Under the pieces are notes generated by a model. It was not told where the DNA came from, searched no databases, and was given only the letters and a program-made list of their open reading frames with translations. The translations under genes and the position numbers were made by a program. Source: Octopus vulgaris (lineage: Eukaryota). From it: a DNA stretch of 64,000 nucleotides. Positions 40,222-54,889 of this stretch are shown here, one piece after another. The DNA lies in NCBI GenBank assembly GCA_951406725.2, contig OX597828.1, positions 38,316,001 through 38,380,000 on the forward strand. Reading direction: 5' to 3'. Every line of letters starts with the position of its first letter. Position 1 is the stretch's first letter.

Positions 40222-40345
40222 ACAACAGTACACAGTAAAAATAAAATAAACACATTAACCAAATACTGAAAAATAAACGAACAACAGTACACAGTAAAAA
40301 TAAAATAAACACATTAACCAAATACTGAAAAATAAACGAACAACA
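40222..40345. repeat. Perfect tandem duplication of about 59 bp
   Basis: acaacagtacacagtaaaaataaaataaacacattaaccaaatactgaaaaataaacga occurs twice. Confidence 0.9.
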
Positions 40346-42149
40346 TTTTACGAGTTGAGTATGAACGCCTCAAAAATATACCAGATCCCGATGTCATTTT
40401 ATGTCGATACTGACCAAGAGTTGCTGGACTGGCATATGCCAGCAAGCAATCTCGATGAGAAACCGTCTGCACACAAAATAAAAAATAACGTTATTATGCG
40501 TGGTTATGCCTTCTTTAAAGTTGGAGGGTGACAGTATCATGGACAGAAAGAGTAGTCTTTTGACAATACGTGACCATTACATCAGGCTACGTTCTTGAGG
40601 TAGCACTTTTGTAATTCTAGACGAGACCGTAGCTACATAATAAAGAGATAGTTATGTTCTTAAAATCCCACTCCCCAGCACCCATCCCCACACAAAAAGA
40701 TGGCGATTATGTCTGATCTCGTTTATTCATTTCCCAGCGGGAGATGTGTTTACTAAAACCCATTCCAAGAACGATTTATTAAATAACCAACCGGTTCTTA
40801 ATTACTGATCTGATGATGGGAATTTTTATATAGTAAACGGACTCTCTTATAATATTATATAATATGTATCAGTGTGTGTGTGTGCGTGTGTAAAAGTGCT
40901 TTAAGTTTTGTGTGTGTGGATGTGTGTATGCTCGAGTGTGTGTTGTGTGCGTGTGCTAACGGTACGAAGTAGCTTATTTAGTATCAAATGAACTTTCTAA
41001 ACAACTTGGTGTAACGTAATACATACGATGTCCACACACCTATACTTATGTACTTAAAATATACACACACCTCTGCTCATAATCATTCACCATTACTTGT
41101 AGGTTAAATTTAGTAGACGAAAATTATACAACGATGTAACGTACATAACATATACACACTTTTCTCCGTCGGTTACGATGACGAGGGTTCCAGTTGATCC
41201 GATCAACAGAAAAGCCTGCTCGTGAAATTAACGTACAAGTAGTTGAGCACTCCACAGACACGTGTACCCTTAATGTAGTTCTAGGGGAGATTCAGCGTGA
41301 TGCAGAGTGTGAAAAGGCCGACCCCTTTGAAATACAGGTAGAACAGAAACAGAAAGAAAGAGTGAGAGGAAGTTGTGGTGAAAGAGTACTGCAGGGTTCG
41401 CCACCACCCCCTGCCGGAGCCTTGTGGAACTTTAGTTGTTTTCGCTCAATAAACACTCACAACGCCCGGTCTGGGAATCGAAACCGTGCTACCGATTCCA
41501 CCAAGCCGCCACTTTCGGTACCCAATCTAATAATATAATCTCTTCTGCTATAGGCACAAGACCTGAAATTTTCGAGGATGGTACCAGTCGATTGGATCGA
41601 CCCCAGTACACAACTGGTACTTAATTTATCGACCCCGAAAGGATGAAAGACAAATTCGACCTCGGCGGAATTTGAACTCAGAACGTAACGGCAGATGAAA
41701 TACGGCTAGGCATTTCGCCCGGCGTGCTAACGTTTCTGCCAGCTCGCCGCCTTTTATTATATTGGTTAATTCACACAACTCTGTAAGGAGCAAAGGTTTT
41801 TAAGGAGTCCGTTTCGCAACCAAGATCTTACAACGTGGCAGCTTGTGCATTTGCACATCATTGGATCGAGCTATAACTTGTATATGAAATTAGGGAGACG
41901 GAAACTACACAGAAGTCTTTCAAGAGGATTGTACCAATAATTCGAAAGATATGGCCTTGCCACACGCACTGCGTCTCTCTCCGATTCTTTCAGCGGATTA
42001 AGACCACGCCTGTCTGTAGAATGATCTATCACATACAAGTTTGTTTTTTTTTTCAAAAGCAAGTAGTATAATTGATCGGGCAACAGAATCCTCGTCGTTG
42101 AACGACGAAGATCCATTTATTTCTGTTGATATAACTATTTTCAAAGAGA

Positions 42150-42575
42150 TATCTTTTTATTGATGTACCAACTTCCATTGAAATACTTATTTTTATTAGC
42201 GTACCTACTTCCATAGATGTACCACATTTCCAATAATGTACCCTATTTCAATCGATGTACTCATTTCTACTGTTGAACCTCTTTCCGCGAGTGTACCTAA
42301 TTCCTTAAATATATTCACTTCCATACGAGTACCTACATCCATTGATGTACCTTATTTCCAATGATGTACCCTAATTTAATTGATGTACTTTATTTTTAAT
42401 GATGTACCTACTTCCATAAGTGTACCTAATTCCATAGATGTACCGACATGACATCTATACATGTACCTACATCCACAGATGTGCTCTATTTCGATAGATG
42501 TATCGTATTTCCAATGATGTACCTTATTTCTCTTGTACTTATGTCTAGCGATGTGCCTGTTACTGTTAATGTACT
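42150..42575. repeat. About 19-bp minisatellite (ttccattgatgtaccta) running into the exon-4 acceptor
   Basis: About 20 degenerate gatgtacc units ending directly at ...gtactttatttctag. Confidence 0.85.
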
Positions 42576-42585
42576 TTATTTCTAG

Positions 42586-42700
42586 GTAAACCCTCTTTTG
42601 GAACTATTTGGAAATGCTTCTACAGCACTCAACAAAAACTCCAGTCGTTTCTGTAAGTTCATCGAACTTCAATACTCAGATGCTGGTCAGCTGCTCAATG
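42586..42700 (+). CDS. Myosin motor gene exon 4 (switch I)
   Basis: VNPLLELFGNASTALNKNSSRFCKFIELQYSDAGQLLN(G); tttctag acceptor, gtgaga donor, phase 0/1. Confidence 0.97.
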
Positions 42701-42936
42701 GTGAGATCCTTTATTGATTATTTTATCATTCAAATGTTTCAGTGGTTGGATTGAGGCCATACTGGGGCACCACTTTGAAGGGTTTTAGTTGAACGAATCG
42801 ACCCTGGTACTTATCTTTTAATCTGATACTTGTTCTAGCTAAGTTACGGGGACGATATCAAACCAACAACCGCTGTCAAGCGATACTTGAGAGGACAAAC
42901 ACAGATACACACGCTCGCACACGCATATGTATACAT

Positions 42937-43070
<134 letters not shown>

Positions 43071-43075
43071 ATCTT

Positions 43076-43115
<40 letters not shown>

Positions 43116-43152
43116 TACATATATATACATACATATATATATATACACATAC

Positions 43153-43192
<40 letters not shown>

Positions 43193-43377
43193 AATGCGAC
43201 GGTCTTCTATACGGCTTTCGTTACAACTCCGCTCACAAAGCATTGGGCAATCCGAGATTATTGCAGAAGTCACATGCCCCAGTTTCCACGAAGTGGGACC
43301 GAATCCGCCGAAACCACATTTTTGCAAAGTAAAGCTTTTTATATTTTTATGTGTATATGTCTGCGCACACGTTTCTG

Positions 43378-43452
<75 letters not shown>

Positions 43453-43773
43453 CCTCCAGTGCCAACACCTAATGAAATCATCTCATTTCGAAAACCAATG
43501 GACGCTTTAATTCATTGACGTGAACTAGTGCATTCGACATGATATGGAAGTCCCATTTTATATATTTTTTATAAATATGAACTTTTAAACAAATGCTGCA
43601 TACACTGGTCCACCTAGCAACGTAGAGATTCGGAAAATACCGAGATTTTCAATAGATATCAAACCAGCGTTACACTGATATCCTATCTAGGATGATATTT
43701 GTTTCTCGACCACATTCCAGATTTAATCTGCAGTTAGTGATAAACCGCTGGAAAGTTCAAGGGAGCTTATCTA

Positions 43774-43829
<56 letters not shown>

Positions 43830-43919
43830 TTGTTTTTGTTGTTGTTGTTGCTGTTGTTGTTGTTTTTGTTTTTGTTGTTGCTGTTGTTGTTAAACACAAG
43901 TCAACTGTGATCCGTCACA

Positions 43920-46099
43920 TCTATATATATAAAATTGAAATTCTGTTTGTCTGTCCCGAAAAATGTAAATAAAAACGGCAAATCTGTAGGAGTAGTCCCA
44001 CCCTGGTTCAAGGGAAGTAACAACACTGGAAGAAGCTTCAACATCAAAAGCACCAAAGAGTTTAAAAGGTCTTTTTGCTATTATTCTCAAAAATTGTGAA
44101 GTAAGTAATCCCATTGAACTGTGAAATAAGTTCAGAAATGATCTTGCTGAAGATTTCTAGCACCAACTTCTGTTGAGTGATCCTGAGAAAGATATTGGTT
44201 TCACTGATGCTATATACAATGCGGCTTTAATTGAAACAGAAGATCAAATTATTTCGATGGGAGGTGAGCCTATAGAAACTTTAGGTTTCCCACACTAATA
44301 GAGGGGATCTTAACAGTCTGTCCACTGAAATAATGAGGGAAATTTCCTATGATAAGGATGAACTGACCATGTACATAAATGATAATCGTCCCAAGCTTCA
44401 ACCTGATCAACGTCGAGTATAATCCACGGTCATAGAAAGTATTAACAATAACACAGGAGGACTTTATTTCTTCGATGCTCCAGAAGGTACTGGGAAAACA
44501 TTTGTAATTAAACCCCTCCTGGCTAAAGTCGGTCAAGAAAAGAAAATAGCTTTAGCTACTGCTACTTCTGGGATTGCAGCAACATTATATTCGAAGGTCG
44601 GACTGCCCGTTCAACATTCATATCACCTTTAGATTTATCTAACGAAGAAGATCCTGTTTATAATATATCTAAAAATTCTAAAATGAGTGAACTAATACAA
44701 ATATGTCACTTAATTGTCTGGGATGAATGTACCACGGTCCCCACAAGAGCTTTTGAAGCTGTGGACTGAGAATTACGAGACATTAGAAATTGTAATTCCC
44801 TGATAAGAAATGTCACAGTATTATTGTCAGGAGACTTCCGACAAACACTACCAGTTGTTCCAAGATGAACAAAAGTGGATGAGCTGAAAGCTTCAATAAA
44901 GTCTTCTGTATTATGTCACCATCTGAAAACACGTCAACTTTCGACAAATATGAGATCGAGGCTTTCAAGAGATCAATCAGCTGAACTATTTACAGAGCAG
45001 CTTTTGAAACTCGGTGAGGGGAGAGTTGCAATTGATGAACAGTTTCTTACACTCAGTCTAAAAATGTAATTCAGCTGATTCCGTCGATGATTTGTTGGCT
45101 GAAAACTTTCCGGATCTTCTCCATAACTACAACAATACAGATTGGATCTGTGAGTGAGCTATCCTGGCTCCAAAAAATGTCGCTGTAAATAGCATTAATA
45201 ATATGCTGTTGAATAAACTTCCGGGAGAAGTCTTCACATATAACTCAATTGACAGTGTTGTTGATGATCAGGATAGTCTTAACTACCCCATCGAATTTTT
45301 GAATTCACTAGAACCACCAGGTACGGCTCCTCATTGTTTTCAGCTGAAAAAAGGGACTCCTATTAGGCTATTGCATAATTTGTTTCAACCCGAATTATGC
45401 AATGGTACAAGACAAATTATGCACAATCTTATGAGGAACTGCATTGTGGCAAATATTCTCACTGGTTGTGGTAAAAGTGAGATCGTCTTCATTCTTCACA
45501 TACCAGTTATACCATTTAATGCCCCATTCCAATTTAAGCGGTTACAATTTCCTATCCATGTTTCTTTTGCCATGAGCATTAATAAAAGTCAGGGCTAAAT
45601 ACTAAAAGTTGCTGGATTGCAACTTGAAGAACCATGTTTTTCATATGGCCAACTTTATGTAGGAGCATCACGTGTGGGAGCAAAAACAAAATTCTTTTTC
45701 CTTATGCACCCGGAAATAAAACAAAACAAAAAAAAACATTGTTTATAAAGAAATATTCACTCTTAATGCAACATGAATACTTCAATACCATAATTTACTA
45801 TTACTATCATTACATTCAAGAATGAGTAAATTATTTATTTAAATGTAGTGTATTATATGATTGCCATTAGTGTAATGATAAAATAAAATAATACATAGAA
45901 TTCACTTGTTATTGTCATATAATAAACAAACAGAAGTTTGTGGTTGAAACTGTTTGTTCTACTTCAATTATTAGATTTTTCCCTTATAAAATACATACAT
46001 ACAGGAGGAGTAAATGATATATATGTAACAATACTCTGAATTTAGTTCTCGAGAAAGAGTAAAAGTAATTACTCAATCAACGACGGGTATTATTGCTAG
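43920..46099 (+). mobile_element. Helitron with decayed Pif1-type helicase, in intron 4
   Basis: A|TCTATATATAT 5' end; 3' hairpin remnant plus CTAG|T. Motifs DAPEGTGKT, LIVWDECT, LLSGDFRQTLPVV and QFPIHVSFAMSINKSQG, with stops and frameshifts. Confidence 0.93.
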
Positions 46100-46348
46100 T
46101 ATATACTAAAGGCGCTCTATCCGTAACCATCCCGTTCTCTCTTCAGACGCATTTTTCAATACACTATATTATCCAATATATCCTTCCTCTTTAAATACGT
46201 CAGGATATGAAGGAGAGTAAGCTAATGTTTCTAGCAGGTCAAACGACGACATTTGACTTGTTTTCTTATATCGCTGAGGTAAAATACTGAAGTGACAAAA
46301 ACATAAAGTTTTTATTGTATTTCTTCTTTCTTTACCTTTTCTTTCCAG

Positions 46349-46496
46349 GTCAGATACAATCATTTATTTTGGAGAAATGTCGTCTCATACACAGACAGAA
46401 AAATGAAAAGAATTTTCACATATTCTATGCTTTATTGGGTGGTCTTGAGCCGGAACTCAAAGAGAAATTCTACCTGGGTGAAGCAGCTGAATACAG
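46349..46496 (+). CDS. Myosin motor gene exon 5
   Basis: (G)QIQSFILEKCRLIHRQKNEKNFHIFYALLGGLEPELKEKFYLGEAAEY(R); long polypyrimidine tract plus cag acceptor, gtttgt donor, phase 1/2. Confidence 0.96.
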
Positions 46497-47579
46497 GTTT
46501 GTATGATTCTATTATGAAAGTGTAAAGATAGGGCTGCCTCATACGCCGACGTTCCCTCTTCTATTAATAATTATTACAGTTACTTTATTCTTATATTTTG
46601 TGAATAATATCTCAATAAGCAGGCGACAACACGCAATTTTATAGCTTAATCAGAAAGAGGAAGGCATTGCCTATAATCTGTTGCATGAGTTTTGAAAGTA
46701 GTGTGGGACAAAAAAAAATGGAAGAAGTCACCACTTATTGGTTGATGTATTTAGAGACATTGTACCAAGACCTTCCCTTGCGTTCAACAGATGTTCTGAA
46801 TAATTTCAAAAGAATGGACTTCGTTAATGGTGACAAAATGGGCGACGGATTAAATAAACCATCTGAAATTTGATGAACGATGATCTTCCCCTGGTCTGTG
46901 GGTGTACTACAGAGAGGATCAGTCACTCTCTTGTAAGCATTTGGACACGATCTCTGGTTTAAGAATGACTTCTTTAACAATCCTTGGAGGACCTAAAAAG
47001 TGCAAAAGGTCACAGGCACTGCTCTCCCTTCTGGAGCACTCCGTCAGTTACGACGACGAGGGTCCCAGCTGATCCAATCAATGGAACAACCTGCTCGTGA
47101 AATTAACGTGCAAGTGACTGAGAAATCCAGACCCGCGTACTCCTAACGTGGTTCTCAGGGAGATTCAGCGTCACACAGAGTGTGACAAGGCCGGCCCTTT
47201 GAAATACATGTACTACTCACTTTTGCCAGCTGAGTGGACTGGAGCGGCGTGAAATAAAGTGTCTTGCTCAAGGACACAGCGCGTCGCCAGGAATTGAATT
47301 CGCGACCTTACAATCGTGAGCCGAATGCCCTATCCACTTAGCCACGCGCCTTCACACTCAGACTAAAAGATGAAAAAAGCTGTGATAAGAAATTAATATT
47401 TCTTTAGTTTGCATTGCAGATATTTAATTCATACAAACAGTTATTAAGCTACAGTGATGTAGCTTAATAATTCTTTCTGCCCTAAACTTAAGGCCTAAAA
47501 ATTTGGTGGGGTGGGGGAAGAAATGCTTGTCAATTACATCGATCCTAGTATTCAACTGGTATTCCAGGCAGTGACCTTG

Positions 47580-47631
<52 letters not shown>

Positions 47632-47644
47632 TAATAATAATGAA

Positions 47645-47773
47645 AAAAAAATGAACGAACTAGTGAGTTTAGTTTAATGGCCTACCAATGTATACTATGA
47701 GTTTCTTTGTCCTAGGAGTCGGGAAGACACTCGGCAAGAAATGGAAGCAAATTTGAAAGAAGAAAAACCCATA

Positions 47774-47775
<2 letters not shown>
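47645..47775 (+). mobile_element. Probable R4/Dong-like 3' end embedded in (TAA)n
   Basis: Short unique segment bounded by long (TAA)n on both sides, the same architecture as the 25.3-26.1 kb inserts. Confidence 0.45.
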
Positions 47776-47847
<72 letters not shown>

Positions 47848-48329
47848 TGATGATGATGATGATGATGATGATGGTGATGATGATGGTGGTGGTGGTGGTG
47901 GTGGTGGTGGTGGTGGTGGTGGTGGTGGTGGTGGTGATAATAACATAGAAAAATACCTTTAGGAATGAGAACCCAGGTTCGAAATTTCCCCAAGACACCT
48001 AATGAAGGTTGGAGAGTATATCAGCCGAAATATTTTGTTAACATAAAAAAAGATGAGGACAAATATCCATCAAATGTAAATAATGTAAATAACGAATAAC
48101 GTTTCTGAGCATAACTTGTGGTAGTCTGCATTAGCCAAAAATTATAGAGGAGTTTTGATAAGTTTGTTTGACGTTAAGGAAAGACGATTCTGAAGGTTTC
48201 AGAACGACTGTTGCTTCGATGGGGTGGGGGGGGTCTTTTTTTTTTTTGGTGAGCGCAGGGAGGAGGCGAAGTACATAAAAATGGATTTCGTAATTTTGTA
48301 TCCATTTTGTTGTTCTATCTGATCATCAG

Positions 48330-48450
48330 GATTGTGCAAGGTGAAGATGAAATGGCACCTGTATTCGACAACAACGAAGATTACAATAACTACATTCATA
48401 AATTTGCATCATTAGAGGAGGCCCTACAAAAGATCGGATTCGATAATTTG
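48330..48450 (+). CDS. Myosin motor gene exon 6
   Basis: (R)IVQGEDEMAPVFDNNEDYNNYIHKFASLEEALQKIGFDNL; catcag acceptor, gtgagt donor. Phase 2/0 bridges exons 5 and 7. Confidence 0.9.
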
Positions 48451-48511
48451 GTGAGTGCTACTTTTGTTCCTTCAATATTTCAGTAATACACACATGCACA
48501 CGCACACATAA

Positions 48512-48554
<43 letters not shown>

Positions 48555-48611
48555 CGAGCATATACATGTGTATAGGTATAGACATATATATGTACGTGAA
48601 TGTATGTGTTA

Positions 48612-48653
<42 letters not shown>

Positions 48654-48664
48654 CAAATATAGAA

Positions 48665-48753
<89 letters not shown>

Positions 48754-49011
48754 GCATATATATATTCTTTTATTTGATTCAGTCATGTGGCTGCGGCAAT
48801 GTTCGAGCACCGTTTTATAGTCGAACAAATCGCCCCTAGACTTATTTACGGGGACGTAAACACACCGATATCGGTTGTGAAGCGATAGTAGGGTACAAAC
48901 AGACGCACAAACTCACACACACATCAATATCGGTTGTGAAGCGATAGTAAGGTACAAACAGACGCACAAACACACACACACACACACACACACATATGTA
49001 TATATATATTT

Positions 49012-49049
<38 letters not shown>

Positions 49050-49784
49050 GACGAGCTTCTTTCAGTTTCCGTCTACCAAATCCGCTCACAAGGCTTTGGT
49101 CGGCCCAAGGCTATAGTAGAAAACACTTGCCCAAGGTGCCACGCAGTGAGACTGAACCCGGAATCATGCATAACCAAACCACTCCTTTAATGTATATATG
49201 TATATCCATATATACATTAAATATCCTTTTACATTTGTCACTAATTTATGCGAAAGAGCTTTGTGAGATTGAGAGGGGGCACAGTCGATTATATTGTTAC
49301 AAATAATTAACATGTTTCGTATTACTTGAACTGAGAACATAAAACACCATAACTAAATGTGATATACTGTTCTCTTTTGAATCAGTCCCACTGCCAATCC
49401 AACACCATTCTCAGTCACGGAACCTCTCACATCATACAGTATCATCGGACTATCAATTAACGGGCACACAAATGGCTGAATAGTGAAGCCTTTCGCTTGG
49501 CATCTTGTTAAGATGTTTCTTTTGTTCTTTGTTTTTATTTTATATTCATTTCTTTAACAGAAGCACTTTGACTCAAGCCTTGTATTAGAAATCTCTCTCT
49601 CCCTCCCTCTCACTCTCTCACTCTCTCTCTTTCTCTCTATCTCTCTCTCTCTCCCTCTGCCTTCCTGTAACCTCAGCATCACTCCTCTGCTAAAATTATA
49701 TTCTTAACTCTCCTCCTGTACATTCAACTAACTTTTTTAACCACGTAGTAACTATTACGTTCTCCCTACCTCACATCATGGACG

Positions 49785-49818
<34 letters not shown>

Positions 49819-50894
49819 TTCTTTCTCCCTCTTTCTGTCTCACTCTTCGCCTTATCCTCTTTTTCTCTCTCTTTTTCTTTCCCCTCTCTTTCCCTTCAAC
49901 TAATCACGTGAAAGCGAGACCGACGGGCTAAGTAACGCAATAACAAGCAGAATTAGTATACGATACAATTAGCAATATAATCTCAGAGTATTCATAGTGC
50001 CATAGTGAGGATCTAATCAAAGACTTTGTGATTAAAAAAAAGCAGGAAGAAACTTTTCAAATACAAACTGGAAGTATACAAAAATAAACATTATTTTCCA
50101 TTTTACTGTTAGTTTTGTTTCAACTTGAAAAACTAACATTCATTTAATGTTTTATTGTTTAAATTTTGAATCCCATATATATATTTCTTTATTACCCACA
50201 AGGGGCTAAACATAGAGGGGACAAACAAGGACAGACAGAGGTATTAAGGCGATTACATCGACCCAGTGTGTAACTGGTACTTAATTTATCGACCCCGAAA
50301 GGATGAAAGGTAAAGTCGACCTCGGCGGAATTTGAACTCAGAACGTAGCGGCAGACGAAATACCACTAAGCATTTCGCCCGGCGTGCTAACGATTCTGCC
50401 AGCTCGGAGGCACCAAAATCTTTTAAATGCGTAGGGCCTTTATGGGACTTACTCTGGCCCTCTATACACGTGTATCTATGGAATACTCATCTATTTACAT
50501 ACTAATTCAATGAGCGAACACCTTTAACGTTAACCTCCGAAATATTATCCGTTTACATTATTGTTTTTTTTCTTTGTAAGAAGCCCAATTTTTATCTCTA
50601 ATATAAGCACAAAGCCTGAAATTTGAGAATGGAGGTTAGTCGATTACATCGACCACAGTATTTTACTGGTAATTCATTTCATCGACCTCAGAAGGGTGAA
50701 GGGCAAAATTGACCACAGCGTGATTTGAACTAAGGAAGAAATGTCACTAAGCATTTTGTCCGATGTGCTAACGATTCTGCCAGCACGCCGCTTTCTACCG
50801 ATCATAACGATGATATCACTACATTAACCATCTTTTGGAATTCCATGATTTTGTTATAACGCGTTTTTTTAAGTCTCGTTTATTCTGTTAACAG

Positions 50895-51024
50895 GAAGTC
50901 ACTGATATGTACAATGTTTTATCGGCCGTACTTAATTTAACTAATATAAACTTCGAAGTGGATGAAGAAGCCGAGGATGGGGAGATCGACGTGCCAAATG
51001 AGAGTAAGCTAATCATAAGCAACG
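50895..51024 (+). CDS. Myosin motor gene exon 7
   Basis: EVTDMYNVLSAVLNLTNINFEVDEEAEDGEIDVPNESKLIISN; matches the myosin L.A.L.LGNI.F motif. taacag acceptor, gtaggt donor, phase 0/1. Confidence 0.92.
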
Positions 51025-51118
51025 GTAGGTACTATTCCATTATATATGATGTAACCGTATTTGTGATAGTATAGAATGAATGCCTCTGTGTGTGTATAGA
51101 CAGATATGTAAACCTATA

Positions 51119-51174
<56 letters not shown>

Positions 51175-51451
51175 ATATATATGTACATATATGTACATAT
51201 ATCTATGTGTGTGTGCGTATAGTTGTATGTGTGCCTGTGTTTGTTGTATCTGTATATATGCGTATATGTATATGTATGTATATTACTGTACCATGGTATT
51301 GACCAGACTTATCGGGGGTGGACGAAAATCATGTCCCTCCGATATATTAAATATACATGCGTGGGGGGGAGGTATTGCGCTTTTAACACATTACAAGGGA
51401 GGGAGAAATTCAAAGGGAGAGAACCGGCCAGGTCTTATAATCTCTCTCTCC

Positions 51452-51551
<100 letters not shown>

Positions 51552-51708
51552 ATTATTATTTTGCGAGGTTTTGTTCTTAGCTTGAAAAATAGTGAAATAA
51601 ATTCATGTTTCGGCCAGAAAACCTTCGGTAGCTGAATTTCATAAGACTTATGACTTTTATTATAATATTATGTATGTATGTATGTATGTATGTATGTATG
51701 TATGTATG

Positions 51709-51740
<32 letters not shown>

Positions 51741-51756
51741 GATCGATCGATCGATG

Positions 51757-51847
<91 letters not shown>

Positions 51848-51959
51848 GTGGGTGGGTGGGTGGATGGATGGATGGATGGATGGATGGATGGATGGATGGA
51901 TGGATGGATGGACATGCATGTATGTATGTGTGTATATGTATACAACATATTACTTACTG

Positions 51960-52400
51960 GAACTTTAGCCTGCTCGATTCCTCCTAAATCAGTGAAGTTG
52001 GTGCCCTTGACGTTCCTGTTGAACCTTTGTCAGTCATCTCATTCGAGAAAGACCGAGAATTCCTGAGGCGCAAGGCTCTGGGACGAAAGAACTGAGCATA
52101 GTGATTAGTGTGAGGCTTGGTGAGAGTGGAACGTATATCAGGAATGCCTGATTGAAGATGGCATGAGCCCAGCAAGCTCTAAGGAGCATTAATCATTATA
52201 GTTGCGGTAGAAAAAAACAGAGAGAGGCGAGATAACGCGTCTGTGAGCCAGCGGTTAGAGCGTGTCTGTGAGTGATTTTATGCAGAACCGCCTGATGGCC
52301 CATTTTTCTTTCTGGATGCGGCCTTGGATGTCAGTTCGTCCTCGATTTTAAAGCAGCTTTCTATTGTGGCTTTAAGCTATTTTTGAGATAGAGGGAGCTG
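51960..52400 (-). mobile_element. CR1/Jockey-group LINE 3' relic
   Basis: Minus-strand remnants SLFFYR.YN..CS.ELA.L and KPHTNHYAQ.F.PR....NS. Confidence 0.6.
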
Positions 52401-52473
52401 CATGTATGTGTTCCTGTGTCTCAGATATAAATATGTATTTAATAACTTTGTATATTTTTTATAAATATTTCAG

Positions 52474-52545
52474 TCGAGAACCTTCTAACACTCCAGGAAG
52501 ACGTTCTTTACGAAGCTTTGATAAGAAAATCCTTATTCGTGAAAG
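52474..52545 (+). CDS. Myosin motor gene exon 8
   Basis: (V)ENLLTLQEDVLYEALIRKSLFVK(G); atttcag acceptor, gttgag donor, phase 1/1. Fills the expected VA.LL....L..AL segment. Confidence 0.85.
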
Positions 52546-52720
52546 GTTGAGTACCGAATCCTTTGTTTTTTATGTTTCTTTTATCTAATAAAACATGATA
52601 TTCATGAATATACCTATGGAAGACGGGAAAATACACACTAGATAAAAGTGATACGTGTATATATGTGGAGTGATATACGTGTATAACGTTTGTTTATCGT
52701 GTGTGATTGTGTGCTAGTAC

Positions 52721-52805
<85 letters not shown>

Positions 52806-53070
52806 CGGTGATAGTATCCTGGTTTTAAGGAATATGTATCTAGTATTTCTTGCAAGCCTAGCAACCTTGTAGTGGATAATCTATCGCTAGCTCTTGACTG
52901 TTTTGTTAATCACTTCCGCGTTTTGTTTTGTTGGCTATGTTTTTTGATTGGTTACTTTTAATGGTGGGGAGGTAATGGTGTTGTTGTCACACTTCACTTT
53001 CAGTTGATAGATCTGAGCCAAAGTGTTAACTATGCTTATCATTGATGTTCTCTTTCGTTACACATACTAG

Positions 53071-53221
53071 GTCAAAAGATTACCAAACGCAAAAGAATAG
53101 TAGAAGCAAACGAAGGCCGAGATGCTTTAGCTAAAGAACTCTACTCCCTCCTCTTCACCTGTGTCATTGATCAAATCAACAGCAAATTGAAGGAGAGTGT
53201 ATCCCCTGAGGCCTGTATACA
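53071..53221 (+). CDS. Myosin motor gene exon 9
   Basis: (G)QKITKRKRIVEANEGRDALAKELYSLLFTCVIDQINSKLKESVSPEACI(Q); RDALAK.LY..LF motif. The gttaag donor was chosen because it gives the phase 2 required by exon 10. Confidence 0.9.
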
Positions 53222-54288
53222 GTTAAGTAATGTTGAATTTCTATTTCCATCTAGTTAGGATGTCTTTGTTTTAATTTGTTCTCGACAATAATGGTGATTG
53301 GACGAACGAATGAAACGTAAGATCTTGTAGTATTTAGTCACCTTCCTCTGAATCTAAGTTCAATTGCCTTCAAATCCGATAACGAACTCAACTAACTGGG
53401 ATCGCTTAAATTGATCTTTTACCCATCATCCGAAAATCGTTGATGGCAAAACTGGAAGAACTCTGAACAAAATGTAGTACTGTATTTATTCTGAGTTCAT
53501 ATTCTCTTGAGAGTGACTTTGACTTATATTTTCTACGAGGCAACAAAATATATTACCAGTTAAGTTCTGGAACTCTCTTAAATGTCCCGTGCACCATTCC
53601 TTAAAATGTATGGCATTTTCCTTAAGTGAAGTCTACCATTGGTTTGTTTTGTTTTTTCTGATTTAAAACTTCGAAAAACTACGTCACTTTTTTCAGATTT
53701 CTTTTAAATTACTTGTAATCTAAAACAATCAAGTATTGGGATCTATTAAATATCCTGCGAACCCCTTCTCAAAATGTGTCTCTTTTACGTTCTGAGTTCA
53801 AATACCGCAACTTTATCATTCAAGCTTAAAGTGTCCTAAAAATACATGGCTGTAACGTAGATCAGTCGATTCAATCTATTGCAACTACTTCAACTGCCGG
53901 TAACAAAACACGAACCGCTGGAGTCTAGTTGAGTTCCCTGATGCCCCTATTGACCTGAACATCGCATTTACAGTTTATGTTTTTAGAAAGGAACAATAGC
54001 CTTCACTGAGGGTTCTACTTCAATATAGATGGTATCCCAGTCTCTTAATTCATTAAATATTTTCATGACTTGGAAAAGACCAGAGCTGTTACATTGGCTT
54101 CTGATGAGAAACCAGTTGGAATGGGAAAAGGCAGACATTTTATTATAACCTAAAAGTATAATTCCTTTAAACAAAGAAATAATAGTTTTTAGTTCTTCGC
54201 TTTTTCACTCATTCTATACTTGTTTCTATATATTTTTACAATAATTCGCTTCTGCTTCTATTTATCTTATGTCGCCGTCTCTATACAG

Positions 54289-54517
54289 AACTAGTCGTAA
54301 GTCTCCTTCAATTAGTCTCTTGGACATATCTGGCTTTGAAAAGCTTTCTGTGAACGGGTTTGAACAGTTGCTGATTAACACAGCCAACGAAGTGCTTCAC
54401 CAAATCTTTCTGACGAATGTCATCAGACGGGAACAAGAAGAGTACGAAAAGGAAGGAATTCACTGGAAAGATATACAGTTCCACGATAACAAAGACGTCA
54501 TAGATTTGATTTTAAAG
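54289..54517 (+). CDS. Myosin motor gene exon 10 (switch II, relay helix)
   Basis: TSRKSPSISLLDISGFEKLSVNGFEQLLINTANEVLHQIF...EQEEYEKEGIHW...DNKDVIDLILK; atacag acceptor, gtaaac donor, phase 2/0. Confidence 0.96.
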
Positions 54518-54845
54518 GTAAACCTTTCATTTTGAAATATTCACAAATATCTCGCCCTTCACAAACAAAATCTCACTCACAGACACATATCTACACACAT
54601 ACAGAAACACACGCATGCGTGCACTCGCTGATCCACACTTCGCTCTTGCACATAGTACGTTACATATATATTTACATATAGACGTAGGTGTGGCTGTGTG
54701 GTAAGTAGCTTGCTAAGGAACCACATGGTTCCGGGTTCAGTCCCACTTTGTGGCACCTTGGGCAAGTGTCTTCTACTATAACCTCGGGCCGACCAAAGAC
54801 TTGTGAGTGGATTTGGTAGACGGAAACTGAAAGAAGCCCGTCGTA

Positions 54846-54889
<44 letters not shown>

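Noticed and set aside
40395-40470. ctgacca-agagttgctgg...ccagcaagcaatctc hairpin resembling a hammerhead (also 30276, 40810, 63735)
   Set aside because: Core boxes are too degenerate or lack the GAAA/NUH partner to be called.
46560-47030. Short ORFs in unique-looking intronic DNA (also 30150-30750 and 36780-37330)
   Set aside because: No recognisable motifs or usable splice phases; probably old transposon debris that I cannot classify.
47669-47998. PolyN/D/G and polyH/Y ORFs
   Set aside because: Compound (AAT)(GAT)(GGT) microsatellite.
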